Part shown: piece by piece, positions 13,201 to 27,020 of the stretch
Position numbering within the stretch: position 1 is the first letter of the stretch
How the letters are laid out: each line of letters opens with the position of its first letter
DNA from: Felis catus
Lineage: Eukaryota
DNA: 64,000 nucleotides
Direction of reading: 5' to 3'
Assembly: GCF_018350175.1 (NCBI RefSeq)
Contig: NC_058369.1
Location: forward strand, 25,856,001-25,920,000
Position numbers and translations under genes: made by a program
The notes under the pieces: model-generated
The model's database searches: none
Seen by the model: the letters and a program-made list of their open reading frames with translations, nothing else
What the model was told of the DNA's origin: nothing

Positions 13201-14525
13201 CTCTTTGGTTTATTTAGCAGACATTTTGTTAATGTCTAGGGATATCACTGACAAAAAGGGATGCCACTGATCCTGATCTTCATGGAATTTGCCATAGTGA
13301 TGAAGAGTCTAATAGATCTTGTTTGCTGTTCTTACTTTTCTGTGTAATCTTTGGGTATATGATTTAACTCTTAATCCTGTCTGATCATGTGGGATAACTG
13401 CTTATATAATAGTATTCTGAAGTTTAGATGAGGTAATGTGTGTAAAGTGCCCAGCAAAGTCCCTGGCATAAGCAAATATTTGTTCTCTTTTAATCTGCCA
13501 TGGGTACATAAACTAGGAAACACAAATTTATTAGGATTATTCCTCAAGTAGATGGCAGTAGGTAGCAAACGCATTTTTGAAAGAGATTTTTTAAGTTTAT
13601 CTTTCATGATGATTTGGCATCATAAAACCTGACTGCTGTTCTATTTTCTCCATTGTGAGTATAGATAGGTCACTTGGCTTGTGTGTCAGCCTCAATTTGC
13701 TGATGTATATGATCAAAATCATTCTTATTTCACAGGGTGATTGGGAGAAATATTAGAGATAGTGGCTATGAAATTGCCAGACAAACCTAACTACATAGCT
13801 GAATGGTTGAGGTCAAAGAGTTTAAAATGCTTACGCTCATTGACCTCAGCCATTCAGCTATGTACTCATACATTCATCTCTGTACAGTTACTAGCTTGGG
13901 AGGCCCTTTGGCAAGTTACTTAACTATTTTTAGTCCTCATTTATCTGTAGTATAGGGATAATAAAACATCTATCTCTGTAAGATTAGTGTGAAGATTAAG
14001 TAAAAGAAAGCACAGAAAGTAGTTTAAGCGCATGGTAGGCACTCAAAAACTTGTGATTATTATGTATTATGTGGTATGCTTTTGACATTATTGAACAGTG
14101 AACTCTTCTTGGTTTGGCTTTGCTCTGTAGGTGAAATTTCTATGTAGCTTAATTCTGAATATAAGCCATGTTACCTTTCATGGTAGTGAAGGAAAACTGA
14201 TGATCCTTTTCAAAGGAAACTTAACTTTGGTCCTAAAAGTTTCCTAGGGAAAAGTATTTTAGGCATTGTGTTTAAGTCATAAATGGAGGTAGAATTGATA
14301 ATAAATTTCAGTTGAAAATAAAAAAAAGGTTAGCTCTTATCTGGGGGTATTACTTACCCATCCTTAGGAGCTTGGCTATCATGAGGGATTTTGGGGGGTA
14401 GATGGCGTTTGAACATCTGAGTCATGTGGCAGCAAATGGGAGCCTCTGCGTTATACTCAGTCTTGAGGGGTTTATTTTCTTTAATTCCAACATCATTTCC
14501 TATCTCAGTCAAAAAGATTGTTTCA

Positions 14526-14752
14526 GGGGCGCCTGGGTGGCTCAGTCGGTTAAGCGTCCGACTTCAGCCAGGTCATGATCTCGCGGTCCGTGAGTTCGAG
14601 CCCCGCATCAGGCTCTGGGCTGATGGCTCGGAGCCTGGAGCCTGTTTCCGATTCTGTGTCTCCCTCTCTCTCTGCCCCTCCCCCGTTCAGGCTCTGTCTC
14701 TCTCTGTCCCAAAAATAAATAAACGTTGAAAAAAAAAATTAAAAAAAAAAAA
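14526..14752 (+). mobile_element. Young felid SINEC_Fc-like element
   Basis: TSD aaaaagattgtttca on both sides; CpG-rich. Confidence 0.95.
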
Positions 14753-14934
14753 AGATTGTTTCATAAGTTGCTTTGTTTATTTCTATTTATTCACGTAATA
14801 ACCAAAGCACTCAGTTGCAAATGTGTGAATTGTCAAAACCTTGAGGAGATAAATCTCTTGAAGAATTAACTGTCACTAAAAATGAAGAGACATGAGTAAA
14901 GACCAAGATGTTTTAAAATTAAAATTACATGCCT

Positions 14935-15279
14935 GGGCACCTGGCTGGCTCAGTTGGTGGAGCATGTGACTCTTGATTTAGAGTTGTGAGTTTGGGCCCC
15001 ACATTGGGTGTAGAGATTATTACTTAAAAATAATGTCTTAAGGGGCACCTGGGTGGCTCAGTTGGTTAAGCGTCCGACTTCAGCTCAGGTCATGATCTTG
15101 CGGTCCGTGAGTTCGAGCCCCGCATCAGGCTCTGGGCTGATGGCTCAGAGCCTGGAGCCTGCTTCTGATCCTGTGTCTCCCTCTCTCTCTGCCCCTCCCC
15201 TGTTCGTGCTCTGTCTCTCTCTGTCTCAAAAATAAACGTTAAAAAAAATTAAAAAAATAAATAAATAAAAATGTCTTAA
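14935..15279 (+). mobile_element. Short old Can-SINE (14935-15041) with a younger SINE (15042-15270) inserted in its tail
   Basis: Two SINE heads; TSD aatgtcttaa (15032-15041, 15270-15279). Confidence 0.88.
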
Positions 15280-17716
15280 AAAAGTAAGATTATATGCCAG
15301 CTTGAGTGGTTGTGCCTAACGGATGGAAAAGACCATTGTGGTTATTTTCATTACCTTATTAAGCTTTAAAAAGCTATGAATGTTCTTTTGGGAGTAGATG
15401 TACTATTTGTATCTTTTAACATTTCCATTGAATTTGTTTGCCAAATAAAGTTTTATGTGTGGGTAGTTTTTTTTCTTTTTTCTTTCTAAGTAAGATCTAG
15501 ATTCCTATATTTTGCCAATTTTGCTAGTCTTTAATGGAAACTTTTTTTTAGTATCTCCCTCTCCCCCATCTCTTAGTGACTATCTAAATGAATATCAGCT
15601 GTCCTTAGATTGAGCCTGTTGTATGCATTATTAAATAATATGTAAGACTACATCCTTTAAATGTAGTACCTTGTTCAGTATTTCCCACAAATGTGATCAC
15701 AGTGATTTACTTTTGTGGAAAATGAGGCTATTATTCTATGGATGAGGTTTTTAACTATCAGAGATACAGAGTGGAAGTGCAATTACTTTGTTGCTTCAGC
15801 TGATCTCAGGATGGTTTAAGGTAACATTTTAATATCACAATATCCCCTTGTTCTATCTCTACTATGCTAAAATACATGATACTTTTTATAAATACCTATT
15901 TTGAATATTGAAATAAAATATTTGACATTCTTTGAGGTAATTAGAGATTTCTTGGCATCTAAAAAATTGTGTTAGGGGTCAGTATCTGTTCTTTAATACC
16001 AATTACCTAAAGAGGAGCCTCAAAGTCAAAGTTGAATGCCTCTTGCTGTGATTAACACACCATGAGAGGAGAAAATAATTAGTATTTGCTTGTCAACCTG
16101 TTTTAGGATGTGGGAAATTGGTTAGAATTAGAATTTGGTGTAGGCTTTCAATAGCCTCACCTCAGAACTAATGTTCTGATGATATATTTATTTTATATCT
16201 TGCTGAGCTTCAGTAATCTAATTTACTTTGCTTGAATTCTCAGTGAAGGATTGTCACAATTTGCATATTTCAGAAGGATGTGCTCATTGTAGCTTAATTT
16301 TGTATGTTTTGTATTGTTCTTATTAAATTTTAAAAATTTCTCCTTCCTACCTTCTCTGTGTCTGTTCTTCATAATCTTATCTCTGTTCCTATGTAGAGAG
16401 ATAGAAGAAATACGTTTTCTTTCTCTTTTGTGAGCCGTCTCTATAAGAAGAAATTACTGTACAATGAGTGTGTCTGGAATATCACTTGGAGATGGGAAAA
16501 ATCTTGGCAAATTCATAACATTTGCAAGATCTTTGGGTGGACAGGTTCATTCTAGTTTATGTGTGAGATTTCATTTTGGTGAAGAACATTTTGCCACTTT
16601 TTCGTGTGTTTTCCTATAGCATATGAATGGAACTTTGTATTTCCCCCTCCAGTGGCACAGCTTAAAAATTTCAGCCTCTGAAACATGTGGTTCTTTGCTA
16701 GTCAGGAAGCCAAGAATGTTATAGAAACAAAAAATATATAAATATATAAACAAACAAATTCATATATAACAGACATGATGTATTCTAAGAAATAACTAAA
16801 TTATTGGTGGCAAAAAATGTATAAGTCATGGGTCTCCCTATTTCTAGTTACACCCACTGCAAATCATCCTACACACAGCTGCTAGATTATCAGAGCTGTT
16901 AGAATAATCTCCCTAAAACAATATTTGCATCAAATCCTTTAGTAGTGGTTTCTCTTAAGAAGTCTCAACTCCTTAGTATAGTGTGCAAGACCCTCTCTTA
17001 CAGCTTCACTTTCTCTTGCATTTCCCCACTTCTTCCTTTGGCTTTGGTTACCTTCTGGGGCTGGGCATTAATTATACATAAATGTATTGCAATACCTGTT
17101 CCTTTTCCACCTCCTCCTTCGCCTTGCCTTTCATTCAGATCACCACCCTCACTTGTAAATGCCTCCTTAGCAACTGACTGTTCCTAACTATACTTCTTAG
17201 CAGCCTCTCCAGATTTTGGTACTTAATTCATACTCTGTTAACTTATTCTCAGTGTAGAGGTGGTTGCATTTGGTTTTATAGATGTGCAGTTTCTCCAAGA
17301 CAGGTGCCAAGTAAATGATGTGCTTTAATTGTGGAGTTAGAGTTAAAATTGGCCCTTACTATTCTGATTGCTTCAGGAAAACTTCATAAACAAAGTCGGA
17401 TTTCATAAGTTTGTACTCAAAGACCAGAGAGTGTGTATCTAAGTAGGAGAGGAGGAAGACAGTGTGGAGGTTTTAAAGGAATAATGTCAAATCTGTGATA
17501 GCTGTGAGACCATGGCAATCTACTTAATATACCTGAGCCTCAGTTTTTTAATCTATAAAATGGAAATGGTAATATCTACTTGGTAGGATTGTTGCGAGGA
17601 TCAGAAGTACCTGCACATAGCAATTAGTCAATAGATGGTAGCTATTTTTATAGGTTGGGATTTGTTTGATTTGGCCCAAGAAAAGATTTGTAGGTTGAAA
17701 TAGAACTAATGGGAAT

Positions 17717-19110
17717 GATGTCATGGAAAATGGCAGAGAAGGAAGCTCCAAAGATTGGTTCCTTCACCAAGACAGCTATTAAGCTAGCATGAACTCTCTG
17801 AAGCCATTGTTTTGAAATTTAGTCATACACTTGCAGCATCCAGTGGCGTGCTTAATGAAGAAAGAAGCTGGTAAATTTCTGAGAATTTTGGGTTTTACAC
17901 AGTGACTACCATTTTCTTTTTTTTTCTTTAAAAAAGTTTTAAAAAATGTTTATTTATTATTGAGAGACAGAGTGTGAGTGTGGGAGGGGCAGAGAGAGAG
18001 AGGGAGACACAGAATCCGAAGTAGGCTCCAGGCTCCAAGCCATCAGCACAGAGCCTGACGCAGGGCCCAAACTCATGGACCATGAGATCATGACCTGAGC
18101 CGAAGTGGGACACTCAACCAACTGAGTCACCCAGGCACCCCCAGTGACTACAATTTTCTATCCCTCAGCCCTGTGACAGTCAGCTGTGGGTATGGTAGCC
18201 CATGGTTCCTGATGTGACTTGCTTGTCCTTCAAAAATTGTGGTTTTATGTTTTGACTGCTGCTTTTGATTGCTGAGGGACCAGCACAGAGACTGACCATT
18301 GTTTCAAACCCCATAGGCTAATGTGACTTCTCTGGCATCTTCCAAAGAAATTTAAAGAGACAAAATACCTCTACCCCATTTTTCTGATTGGATCCTGGCA
18401 TTTAAAGAAATTTCTGTCAGGACCCTGGCTGACCACAGAAATAATAGATCAGAGACTTCAGTGACAACACACAACAAGGAATATAGTCTTTGCCAAAAAA
18501 AAAAAAAAAAGCTTGGAAAAGTCACTAAACCAGCAACTGTATCCTTCATCTAGTAACAACAGCAATTTGTAGAAAGAGGAGAGAACCTAATTTCTAGAAT
18601 TACCACGTTACAAGATTCAAGGTATCCAGTTTTCAACAAAAATACAGAACATACAAAGACAGAAATTGTGGCCCTTAATAGGAAAAAGAAATCCCTGAAG
18701 AAGCTCAAACATTGGACTTAAGAGACAAAGACTGTAACTAGTTTAACATTCTCAAAATGCTGAAGGAAAACATAGACAAAGAACTAAAGAAAATGAGGGG
18801 AACAATGTGTAAACACATGGAGACTATCAATGAGAGAAAGTAGAAAAAGTAAAATAGCTGAAATAAAAATCAGCGGAAGGTTTAGTAGCATATTTGAGCA
18901 GGCAAAGAAGGAATCAAAAAACTTAAAGATATGGTGATTGAAATACCCTGTCTGAGAACCAGAAAGAAATAGATGAAGAAAAATGAATAGTACTTAAGGG
19001 ACATCATCAAGTGTATCAACATGCACATTATGGAAATCCCAGAAGGCAAAGAGATGGGAGAGAAAAGAACAGAAAAAAAAAAAAAAATTGAAGAAATAAT
19101 GGATGAAAAG
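17717..19110 (+). mobile_element. Old L1M 5'UTR/ORF1 remnant, with a nested antisense Can-SINE at ~17920-18141
   Basis: L1M-type 5' start (gatgtcatggaaaatggcagagaaggaagctcc) and ORF1-like A-rich text (gaaatcccagaagg...gaagaaataatggatgaaaa). SINE TSD is cagtgactac. Confidence 0.75.
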
Positions 19111-20730
19111 AATTTAATGGTTTTAGCTCTTATATTTAGGTCTTTGATCCATTTTGAGTTAATTTTTGTATATGGGATAAATTAGCTTTATTTTTTTGCA
19201 TGTGGTTATCCAGTTGTCTGAGGTCCATTTATTGAAGAGACTATTATTTTCCTATTGGATGGTCTTGGCACCTTTGTTGAAATTCAGTTGGTTATCGATG
19301 TACAGTTTTATTTCTGGACTCTTAATTTTACTTTAAGTATGTCTGTACTTAGGCCTGTACCACACTGTTTTGATTACTGTAGTTTTGTAGTAAGTTTTGA
19401 ATTCAGGAAGTGTGAATCTTCCAACTTTGTTCTTCTTTTTCAAGATTGTTTTGCCTATTTAGGGTCCCTTGTAGTTCCATATGAATTTGAAGATTGACTT
19501 TTCCATTTTTGCAGAAAAGGCTGTTTGAATTTTGATAGGGATTGTATTGAATCTGTAGATCACTTTGGTTAATGTTGACACCTTAACAATATTAAGTCTT
19601 TCAGTCCACAAATACGGGATGCCTTTCTGTTTCTTTAATATTTTGTAGTTTTCAACGTATAAGTCTTTTACCTCTTGGTTAAATTTATTCCCAGTTATTT
19701 TATTTAGGTGCCATTATAAATGAAATTGCCTTCTTAATTTCTTTTTTGCATTGTTCATTGCTGATGTGTAGAAACACAACTGATTTTTGTGTGTTTATCT
19801 TGTGAGCTGCAACTTTGCTGAATTTGTTTATTAGCTCTAGTAACTTTCTTGTGGGTTCTATGGGATTTTCCATATATAGAATCATGCCATCTGTGAATAG
19901 ACATAGTTTACTTTTTCCTTTCCTATTTGGAGGCCATTTGTTTCTTTTTCTTGTGTCTAGCTAGAACTCCAGTGCAACATTGCATAGCAGTGGTGAAAGC
20001 AGGCTTCCTTTTCATGTTCCTGATCTTAGGAAGAAAGCTTTCACTCTTTCACCATTGAGTATTATGTTAGCTGTGGGATTTTCATGAATGTCCTTTATCA
20101 TGTTGAAGAAATTCCTTTCTAATCCTAGCTTTTTTTTTTTTTTAAATCATGAAAGGGTATTGGTTTTTGTCATGTGCTTTTTCCGCATCAATTGAGATGA
20201 TTGTGTGGGTTTTTTTTTTTTTTTTCTTTCTGTTAATACGGTATGTTACATTGATTGACTTTCTTATATTGAACCACTTGGGATAAATCCCACTTTTTCA
20301 GCCAGCCTCTGCTTTTCCAGCTTGGGTGAATTGCAAGTTAGGCTGAATAGAGGTGAGGGCCTTGCATCAGTCCTTTAGGTAGCCCCAGACAGGTTAGAAC
20401 AGATAGACAAAATAATTTGTGATTTACGTCTACTCTGCTCTCTCTGGAACCGGGTACCAGGGTCCCACACTAGAAATGCGGGTTGATCTCTTCAAGATTT
20501 CTGTTGTACTGGGGAAGGGTATGGGACAAGAGTAAGTAATGCCACAAAGATGTCCTACCATTTTTAAGTTGCCTTTTTCTTGATTCAGTGTTCACTTAGT
20601 TGCTGTAAGACTACTTTCCAGAATTCTAATTCTAAAAAAGTTGGTTTTGACAGTTTCTACTTGTTTTTCAGTGTTTTTGAAGTGGGATAGGAGCGTGGAA
20701 CTGCCTACTTTGCTGTTTTGCTGATGTAGC
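19111..20730 (-). mobile_element. Old L1 ORF2 fragment (19111-~20295) joined to an L1M 5' end (~20300-20730)
   Basis: ORF 19700..19885 (MILYMENP..TRKLLELINKFSKVA.HKINTQKS) is the L1 RT region. The distal part reads as an L1M 5'UTR start on the - strand. Confidence 0.8.
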
Positions 20731-21649
20731 TTTCTACATTTTTTTTTTTTATTTTAAAAAATGTCCTTCTTTTCACCTTTTATTTTTCTTAATGGATTAT
20801 TTGTTACATTTAGTCACTTGTGTCCTAATTTTGTATTCATTTCAGAATGATTCTTTTTCTCTTATTTTTTGAGTTCTTTCACCTTTTCTGGAGTTTTGTA
20901 ATTGTGATTTGTATTTCTTTTTCATGTTTTGAATTATTAATGTCTCTTAGCTTGCTTTGAAATTGTATAATTTTGATCTCAAGGTCTGTTTTTCATTATC
21001 TGTAGGGATGTTATTCTGTTCTTTAGCCTCATTTTTCTTAAAATAACTGTATGGGATGGGGCTTTGATATTTTTCTGTTGCTCATTTTTATGTGAAATTT
21101 GTATTCCTGAACTTTAAGAAGGGAGTCATGGTTCAGGAGAACTTTTCTAATGTCACAGAGCTCCCTCTCCTGTTGTTTTTGTAAAATGCTCAAAAATACA
21201 GTGGCTCCTTTTCCCTTCTCCAGTTTTATTTGGATCTTTTCTTTCCTTGTCTCTCTTGTCCCTACCTTGCTCAATTTTGGTTTCAACCCAGCAACTTTCC
21301 TTATTATAGAACCCTGCCTTGGAAAGCAGTTTTGGTTGGTAGGTTGATTTTAAGAATTTATATGACTCAGGCTGCTCTAGCCTTTTTCAGAACTTAAGTC
21401 ATGCTCACTTGTTATTGGATTGGGCTAAACCTTTTCCAATTTCAGCTTCTCCTCTCAAATTGCCATCACACTGTCCAGTGAATACCTACTTACTATTTAG
21501 ATGTTCTCAAATCCCTCAAATGTGCCATTGCTTCCTTATGCATCCTTTTGAACAGATGCAGATTTCATGTATGTCTGCTGGCTATTGATGTTTTCCTCAC
21601 TCATTTTTATTTTGAGGTTTGTGTGGATACCTTGCCACCTACTTTTTTT

Positions 21650-21875
21650 TTTTTTTAACAATTTCCTTAAAACTTTTTTTAACATTCATTTTTGAAAGAG
21701 AAAGAGAGAGAGAGGGAGGGAGGGGCAGAGAGAGAGGGAGACACAGAATCCGAAGCAGGCTCCAGGCTCCAAGCTGTCAGCACAGAGCCCAATGCAGGGC
21801 TCAAACTCACAGACAGCAAGATCATGACCTGAGCCAAAGTTAGATGCTCAACCAACTGAGCCACCAGGTGCCCCG
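21650..21875 (-). mobile_element. Can-SINE
   Basis: SINE body flanked by cacctactttt repeats. Confidence 0.9.
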
Positions 21876-24514
21876 TCACCTACTTTTGTTGTAAATATTT
21901 TCTGTGGGATTTTGGTTTGCTATCTTAGTCAATCTGTTTGATTTTAATTCAGGTAATTAAAATTTTATGATGCAGTGCCTGCCATATCTAGAATCCATAA
22001 TCCATTCTGTGTTCACACTTTAAAAACTCTCCTGTATGGGCTTAGAGGTTCTGGCCCCTGGGCTATGGCATGTCTACTATATAGTGCTTTGTTCTGAAGT
22101 TTGAGTGCAAATGTTATTGACCTATTGGTGTTTGGATATTGCAAAACCTATCAATGTAGAAAGGGTTAGAAAGAAGCAGTTTATCATTATAGTGGAAATG
22201 AAAAAAGTATTTACACATTTTAGCAAAGTTGAAAGTGATGCAAATGTATTTGTTTCTGGAATGAACAACAAGAACTTTCTGAAGGCCAAGAACAAATTAT
22301 GCAACCTGTGAAGTATAGTTCCTGTGTCATTGAAAATAATCAGAATCAACAGAACCAGGGAAAAATGGTGGGGCAGGGAGAACCTCTCAGTTTAAAGACA
22401 ACTGTCAATGCCTGATTTCAGGGAGCTTAACATTTATTCAGAGGAAAACAAGGGGTTAATTGGAGATAAAATCTGAAAACAGTGAAAAGTTGAACTTTGG
22501 CCACAAGCTACAGAGGGTTTTATAAATTAAGGGCTCCTTAAACACCTGCTCTAAGGGAATACCTGGTGGCTAGTACAAACACTAGAGCTACTCGGGCATT
22601 CCTTATGCTACTAGGAAGTAAAGATAGTTAAAGCTTCAACAGGATTTGAAAAAAATTTTTAGAGTAGCCAAGATTGATCTCTTTTAAGGGAATAAAAAGA
22701 AGAAGCCTGATAGAAGGTTTGTCAGCATAGAGAAGAAAAATATTTCTGGCTTAAAAGTGACAAAAGATCAGCTAACATACCTACTTATGGGGAATGCATC
22801 CAGGGACTGTAAGCACAGTCCCTTCCCAGGCTCTTACAAACAAATTAACCTCTTTATACCTTCAGGAGCCTAAACTGCACCTAGAATAGCTTCTGTACAA
22901 TTTAGACTGAATAATAGTAGATTGTTTCATAGAAGATGCAGAAGCATAATTTTTAATAGCAATTTTTCAAACAGCCAAGGGTAGAAGGTTAAAGCATACT
23001 AATGAAAATAGTTGTGCAGGGAAGTAGACTGATGTGGTCTAGCTATACACAAATGCAAAGGCTCAGGGGCAGGAGTGGAGGTTAGTGTGGCTGAGAGGGA
23101 TGAGGATAGAAAATAGTTGGAGTTAATGAGTTTGGAGAGGGAATGGAGAGCAAGATCATGCAGGGCCTTATAGGGTGTAATGATAAGAGCGTTAGGTTTC
23201 ATTCTAGGTGTTTGGAAGCCACTAGTAGGTTGAGAGCAGAGGGAGGGTGAACAACTACTGTAAATGATATGTGTTCAAGCTAAATGGAGGCTGTGCTTCG
23301 GGCAGTAATACAGGCGTGTCAAAATGAAAAGAACCTGGTTTAATGTAGACTTTAAGTTTTTTTTATTTGAAAATTTGTGGTTTTAGAGTTACCTAAGAGC
23401 TATGTAAGAAGTGTTGAAACACACACACCTTTTTGTTTGCTAAAGTTTGCTAAACAGTACTGAACCTCATTTCATATATTCTTATTTCTATACAGTTTAA
23501 ATCAAAATGCTCGCCACAGACTACTAAATTGACTTAGTAACACGCTAATGGATCAGAACATGAAGTTTGCAAAACATTGTAAATTTAGTATAATCCCTTT
23601 ATTTGGCCTGTCAAGACACACAGTACTGCAAATGAGCAACCTAGAATCCAGATATTGCCGCATTTCCCAAGAATATGTTCATTGAAAAACAAAACCAAAC
23701 TCTCTTATATAGTGTAACAGTAGGTTGCAGTGTGGGAAACATTTGGAGGATAAGCACTCCTACTTGACTGTATTACCTGTGCTTTTCTCCCTGGTGTGAA
23801 ATGGGAAGGCCTGTCCATTTCAAATGGACTTGTCACATATCAATACAATTTTCATTATTAATGGTCTGTAATTAAATATATGAACTGCTAGCCAAAGTAA
23901 CAGTTGGTCTTTTTTGAATTACAAATGGAGAATAAGTCATTTATAGACAGCGTGGTAGCCTTTATATTGTCACCTAAGAATTAATGAAAAGAATGTCATT
24001 TTCGTATTTTCTGCAAGTTGTTGTATTTCATTTTGGAAAAGTTTGTGGAAGGAGTGAAAGATAAATGAAATATAAAGGTCAGTGCGAGGTAATGGGGAAA
24101 AAAATGGCCCTTTCAGTTCTGTTATTTGAATCCTTGCTCCTAGTTCTGTGGCCTTTGGAAGATATTTGCCTATGCCTCATTTGTCCCAGTGACAAATGGA
24201 AGTAATATCTATATCATAGCTTTAATGTTAAGATTAAATGAGGGCCTGGTGGTGTAACATATATTTTAATAAATATTAGTTTTCTTCTTTCCTCTCTTCC
24301 TTAGGAAGGAATTCAGTGAAAATATGTTGCTAGAATAAGCAGGGCTGGAGAGTGTAGAAAAATGCAAAAAGAAAGGTACATCTTTTTTTTATTGGTTGTT
24401 TTCTTCCTAGTAAGTCTATTGTGCATGATCCCAATTGTTTCTAATTTCTTTTAGAAAAGGTAGGTGATAAATAGGTAGGCTTCCTGTGCCTCTTGCTCCC
24501 CACCCCACCATTTA

Positions 24515-24617
24515 TTTATTTATTTATTTTAAGTTAATTAAAAATTTTTTTATTTTAGAGAGAAGGAGAGCATAAGCAGGGAAGAGGGTCAGAAGGAAGG
24601 GGGGGGGAGAGAGAGAG

Positions 24618-24656
<39 letters not shown>

Positions 24657-24992
24657 ATATCTTGAGTAGACTCCACGCTCAGTATGGAGCCTGACACAGG
24701 GCTTGATCCTACAACCCTGGTATCATGACCTAAGCCGAAATCAAGAGTTGGACACTCAACTGACAGAGCCACACAGACACCCCCTCCCTCCCCTTAAAAA
24801 AATTTTTTTTAATGTTTATTTTTGAGAGAGAGAGAGAGCTGGAAGGAGCAGAAAGAGAGGGAGACAGAGAATCAGAAGCAGGCTCCCTGCTGACAGCAGA
24901 GAGCCCAGTGCGGGGCTTGAACTCGACAAACCATGAGATCATGACCTGAGCTCAAGTTGGACGCTTAACCTACTGAACCACCCAGGCTCCCC
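24515..24992 (-). mobile_element. Two tandem antisense Can-SINEs
   Basis: Two SINE bodies, at ~24515-24783 and ~24795-24992. Confidence 0.9.
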
Positions 24993-25339
24993 TCACTCCC
25001 CTTTTTAAAGAGGGAAATTGCCCAAGTGATGAAAGGCAAGTTTAGGAGACCAGGAAGTAGTAGCTTTGTAGCCAATTCTAGTATTTGAGTTCCTGGTGTC
25101 TCCAGTCTGCTTTACTACAAAGAGTTTACTGAAGATGTGTCGTTCTTGATACCAAGTACATTAGCTAGCTGATAGCTGTTAATTCTAGGTGTTACCTAAA
25201 ACCAGTTGTCCTTGCCTGTGAAATAAACACTTCCTTTGATTTAACCCAGATATTCTAGGAACAAAATTACAAAGAGTGAGATGGAAGTATAGAATTAGAA
25301 TCTTGTCTACCTGGCTTTTTAAAAAATAACAGATGTATT

Positions 25340-25880
25340 TTTTTTTATCATCCCAAAAAGAAACCTTGTACCCATTAGCAGTCATTCTATACCACTAATC
25401 TCCTGCCCCTTTATCCTTTTTCCTCTGACACCTCAACCTCTTACAACCAAAAATGTGCTTTTTATCTCTGGATTTGCTTATTCTGGATATTTCATATAAA
25501 TGAAGTTCTATAGTATATGGTCTTTTGTGACTAACTTCTTAGTGTAGTATTTTAAAGATTCATCCATGTTGTAGGATGAATCAGTATTTATTCTATATTG
25601 CCAAATAATATAATATAATATAATGTAATATAATATAATATAATATAAACATATTACATTTTGTTTACCTGTTCAATAGTTGATGGACATTTGGGTTGTT
25701 TTCACTTTTTGGCTGTCATGAATAATGCTGCTCTGAACATTCATGTACAAGTTTTTGTGACATATGTTTTCAGTTCTCTTGCGTATATACCTCAGAGTAG
25801 AATTGCTGAGTCATATGCTAACTTTTTGTTTAACATTTTGAAGACTTTATAAACTCTTTTCCAGAGTTATTGCACCATTT
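25340..25880 (-). mobile_element. Old L1 (L1MB-like) 3' fragment with a (TAATA)n tract at ~25604-25648
   Basis: gatggacatttgggttgttttcactttttggct...aatgctgctctgaacatt motif. Confidence 0.8.
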
Positions 25881-26081
25881 TGTCTAGCTGGATTTTAAAT
25901 CACTTGGTGTCTAGGTTCTAATTTCATATATATTAAATGCGAACCTTAGCTGAAACAAGAGGTTTGAATTGATAGGGGAAGAAAAGCTACCTGTTGTAGT
26001 TTGTAGAGTTGGAAGTCCTTTTTCTTAAAGTGGGTTTGGAATTATTAGTATTAATCTTTGACTCTTTTTGTTTGTTTGCAG

Positions 26082-26229
26082 TTTTATCTCCAAGACACTA
26101 AAAGTAGTAACGGTACCTTTATAAATAGCCAGAGATTGAGTCGAGGCTCTGAAGAAAGTCCACCATGTGAAATTCTTTCTGGTGACATTATCCAGTTTGG
26201 GGTAGATGTAACGGAGAACACACGGAAAG
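26082..26229 (+). CDS. SLMAP: SLMAP coding exon (148 nt), FHA domain C-terminal half: [49 protein letters not shown]
   Basis: Acceptor tttgtttgcag| and donor AAG|gtacgg. The peptide has the FHA signature SSNGTF and matches SLMAP as I recall it. Phase 0 to 1. Confidence 0.97.
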
Positions 26230-26454
26230 GTACGGGTATGGATCGATTTTCCTATTATTTGTCTTTTTAAGTTAAAAAAAAAGTCTAATGTTGTAAAACA
26301 TTTCATGTTTGTAAAAGCAATTTAAATACAGCATTATATGCAGTGAAAAATTAAAAACCTCTTCCTTCCACTACTGCTTTTCTAAAATTTTAAATTCTGA
26401 AGTGTTAATAAGTGATTTATATTTTTCATCACAGTATGAAAATATAGGACATTC

Positions 26455-27020
26455 CTGTGTTAGTTTAGGAAACAGTTGGCTGCAGTGACAGCATACCCAT
26501 CCAACAAGAGCTTAAACCATATGGATATTTATTGTTAACAAGTCAGGAGGGTAGCTCAGACTTTGTTCACTTGACTCAGTAATGTTGTCAGGAATCCAGG
26601 GTTCTTACCGCCCTCCCGTTCTACTGTCCTTAACATGTTGTTTTCTTACGCCTTTGCTTGTCTTATGTTTTTGCTTGTCACCTCATGGTTAAAGAGGGAT
26701 GGCTGGGGCCCCATGCCTTATTTTCCTCATGCCAGTGTCCTTGGCAAAAACTGTGAGGCTGGGAAAAAATATCTTCCTGTGTGGCTCTTTTTTTTTTTTT
26801 TTTTTTTTATGTTGAAAGAACAATCTTCTGTAGAATCCTCTGAGCAGGTTTATACTCTTCTTGTCTCATTGGCCACATGCACAGCTACTTATGGCTACAA
26901 AGAAGCCTGGAAGTTACATACGTGGCAAACAGGAGCTCCGTGATTGTCAGAGGTCAGGTATGATTTAACCCTTCCAGTTTTGCATACATTTTGGCTCAAA
27001 CAAAATCAGGGTTCTGTAGG
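26455..27020. mobile_element. MaLR LTR (MLT1-like) relic
   Basis: Starts tgtgttagtttagg...ggctgcagtgac...gcttaaac and contains gtctcattggcca, both typical of MLT1. Subfamily uncertain. Confidence 0.55.

Noticed and set aside
15053..15235. Recurring MAQ.VK..TSAQVMI ORF family (also 31267, 41905, 43418, 50005 and others)
   Set aside because: Incidental reading frames of Can-SINE bodies.
18539..18547. Second GTATCCTT U12-like motif
   Set aside because: It lies inside an L1 relic with no adjacent exon, and shows that such motifs arise by chance.
19700..19885. Reverse-transcriptase-like ORF
   Set aside because: A short decayed L1 ORF2 remnant, not an intact gene.
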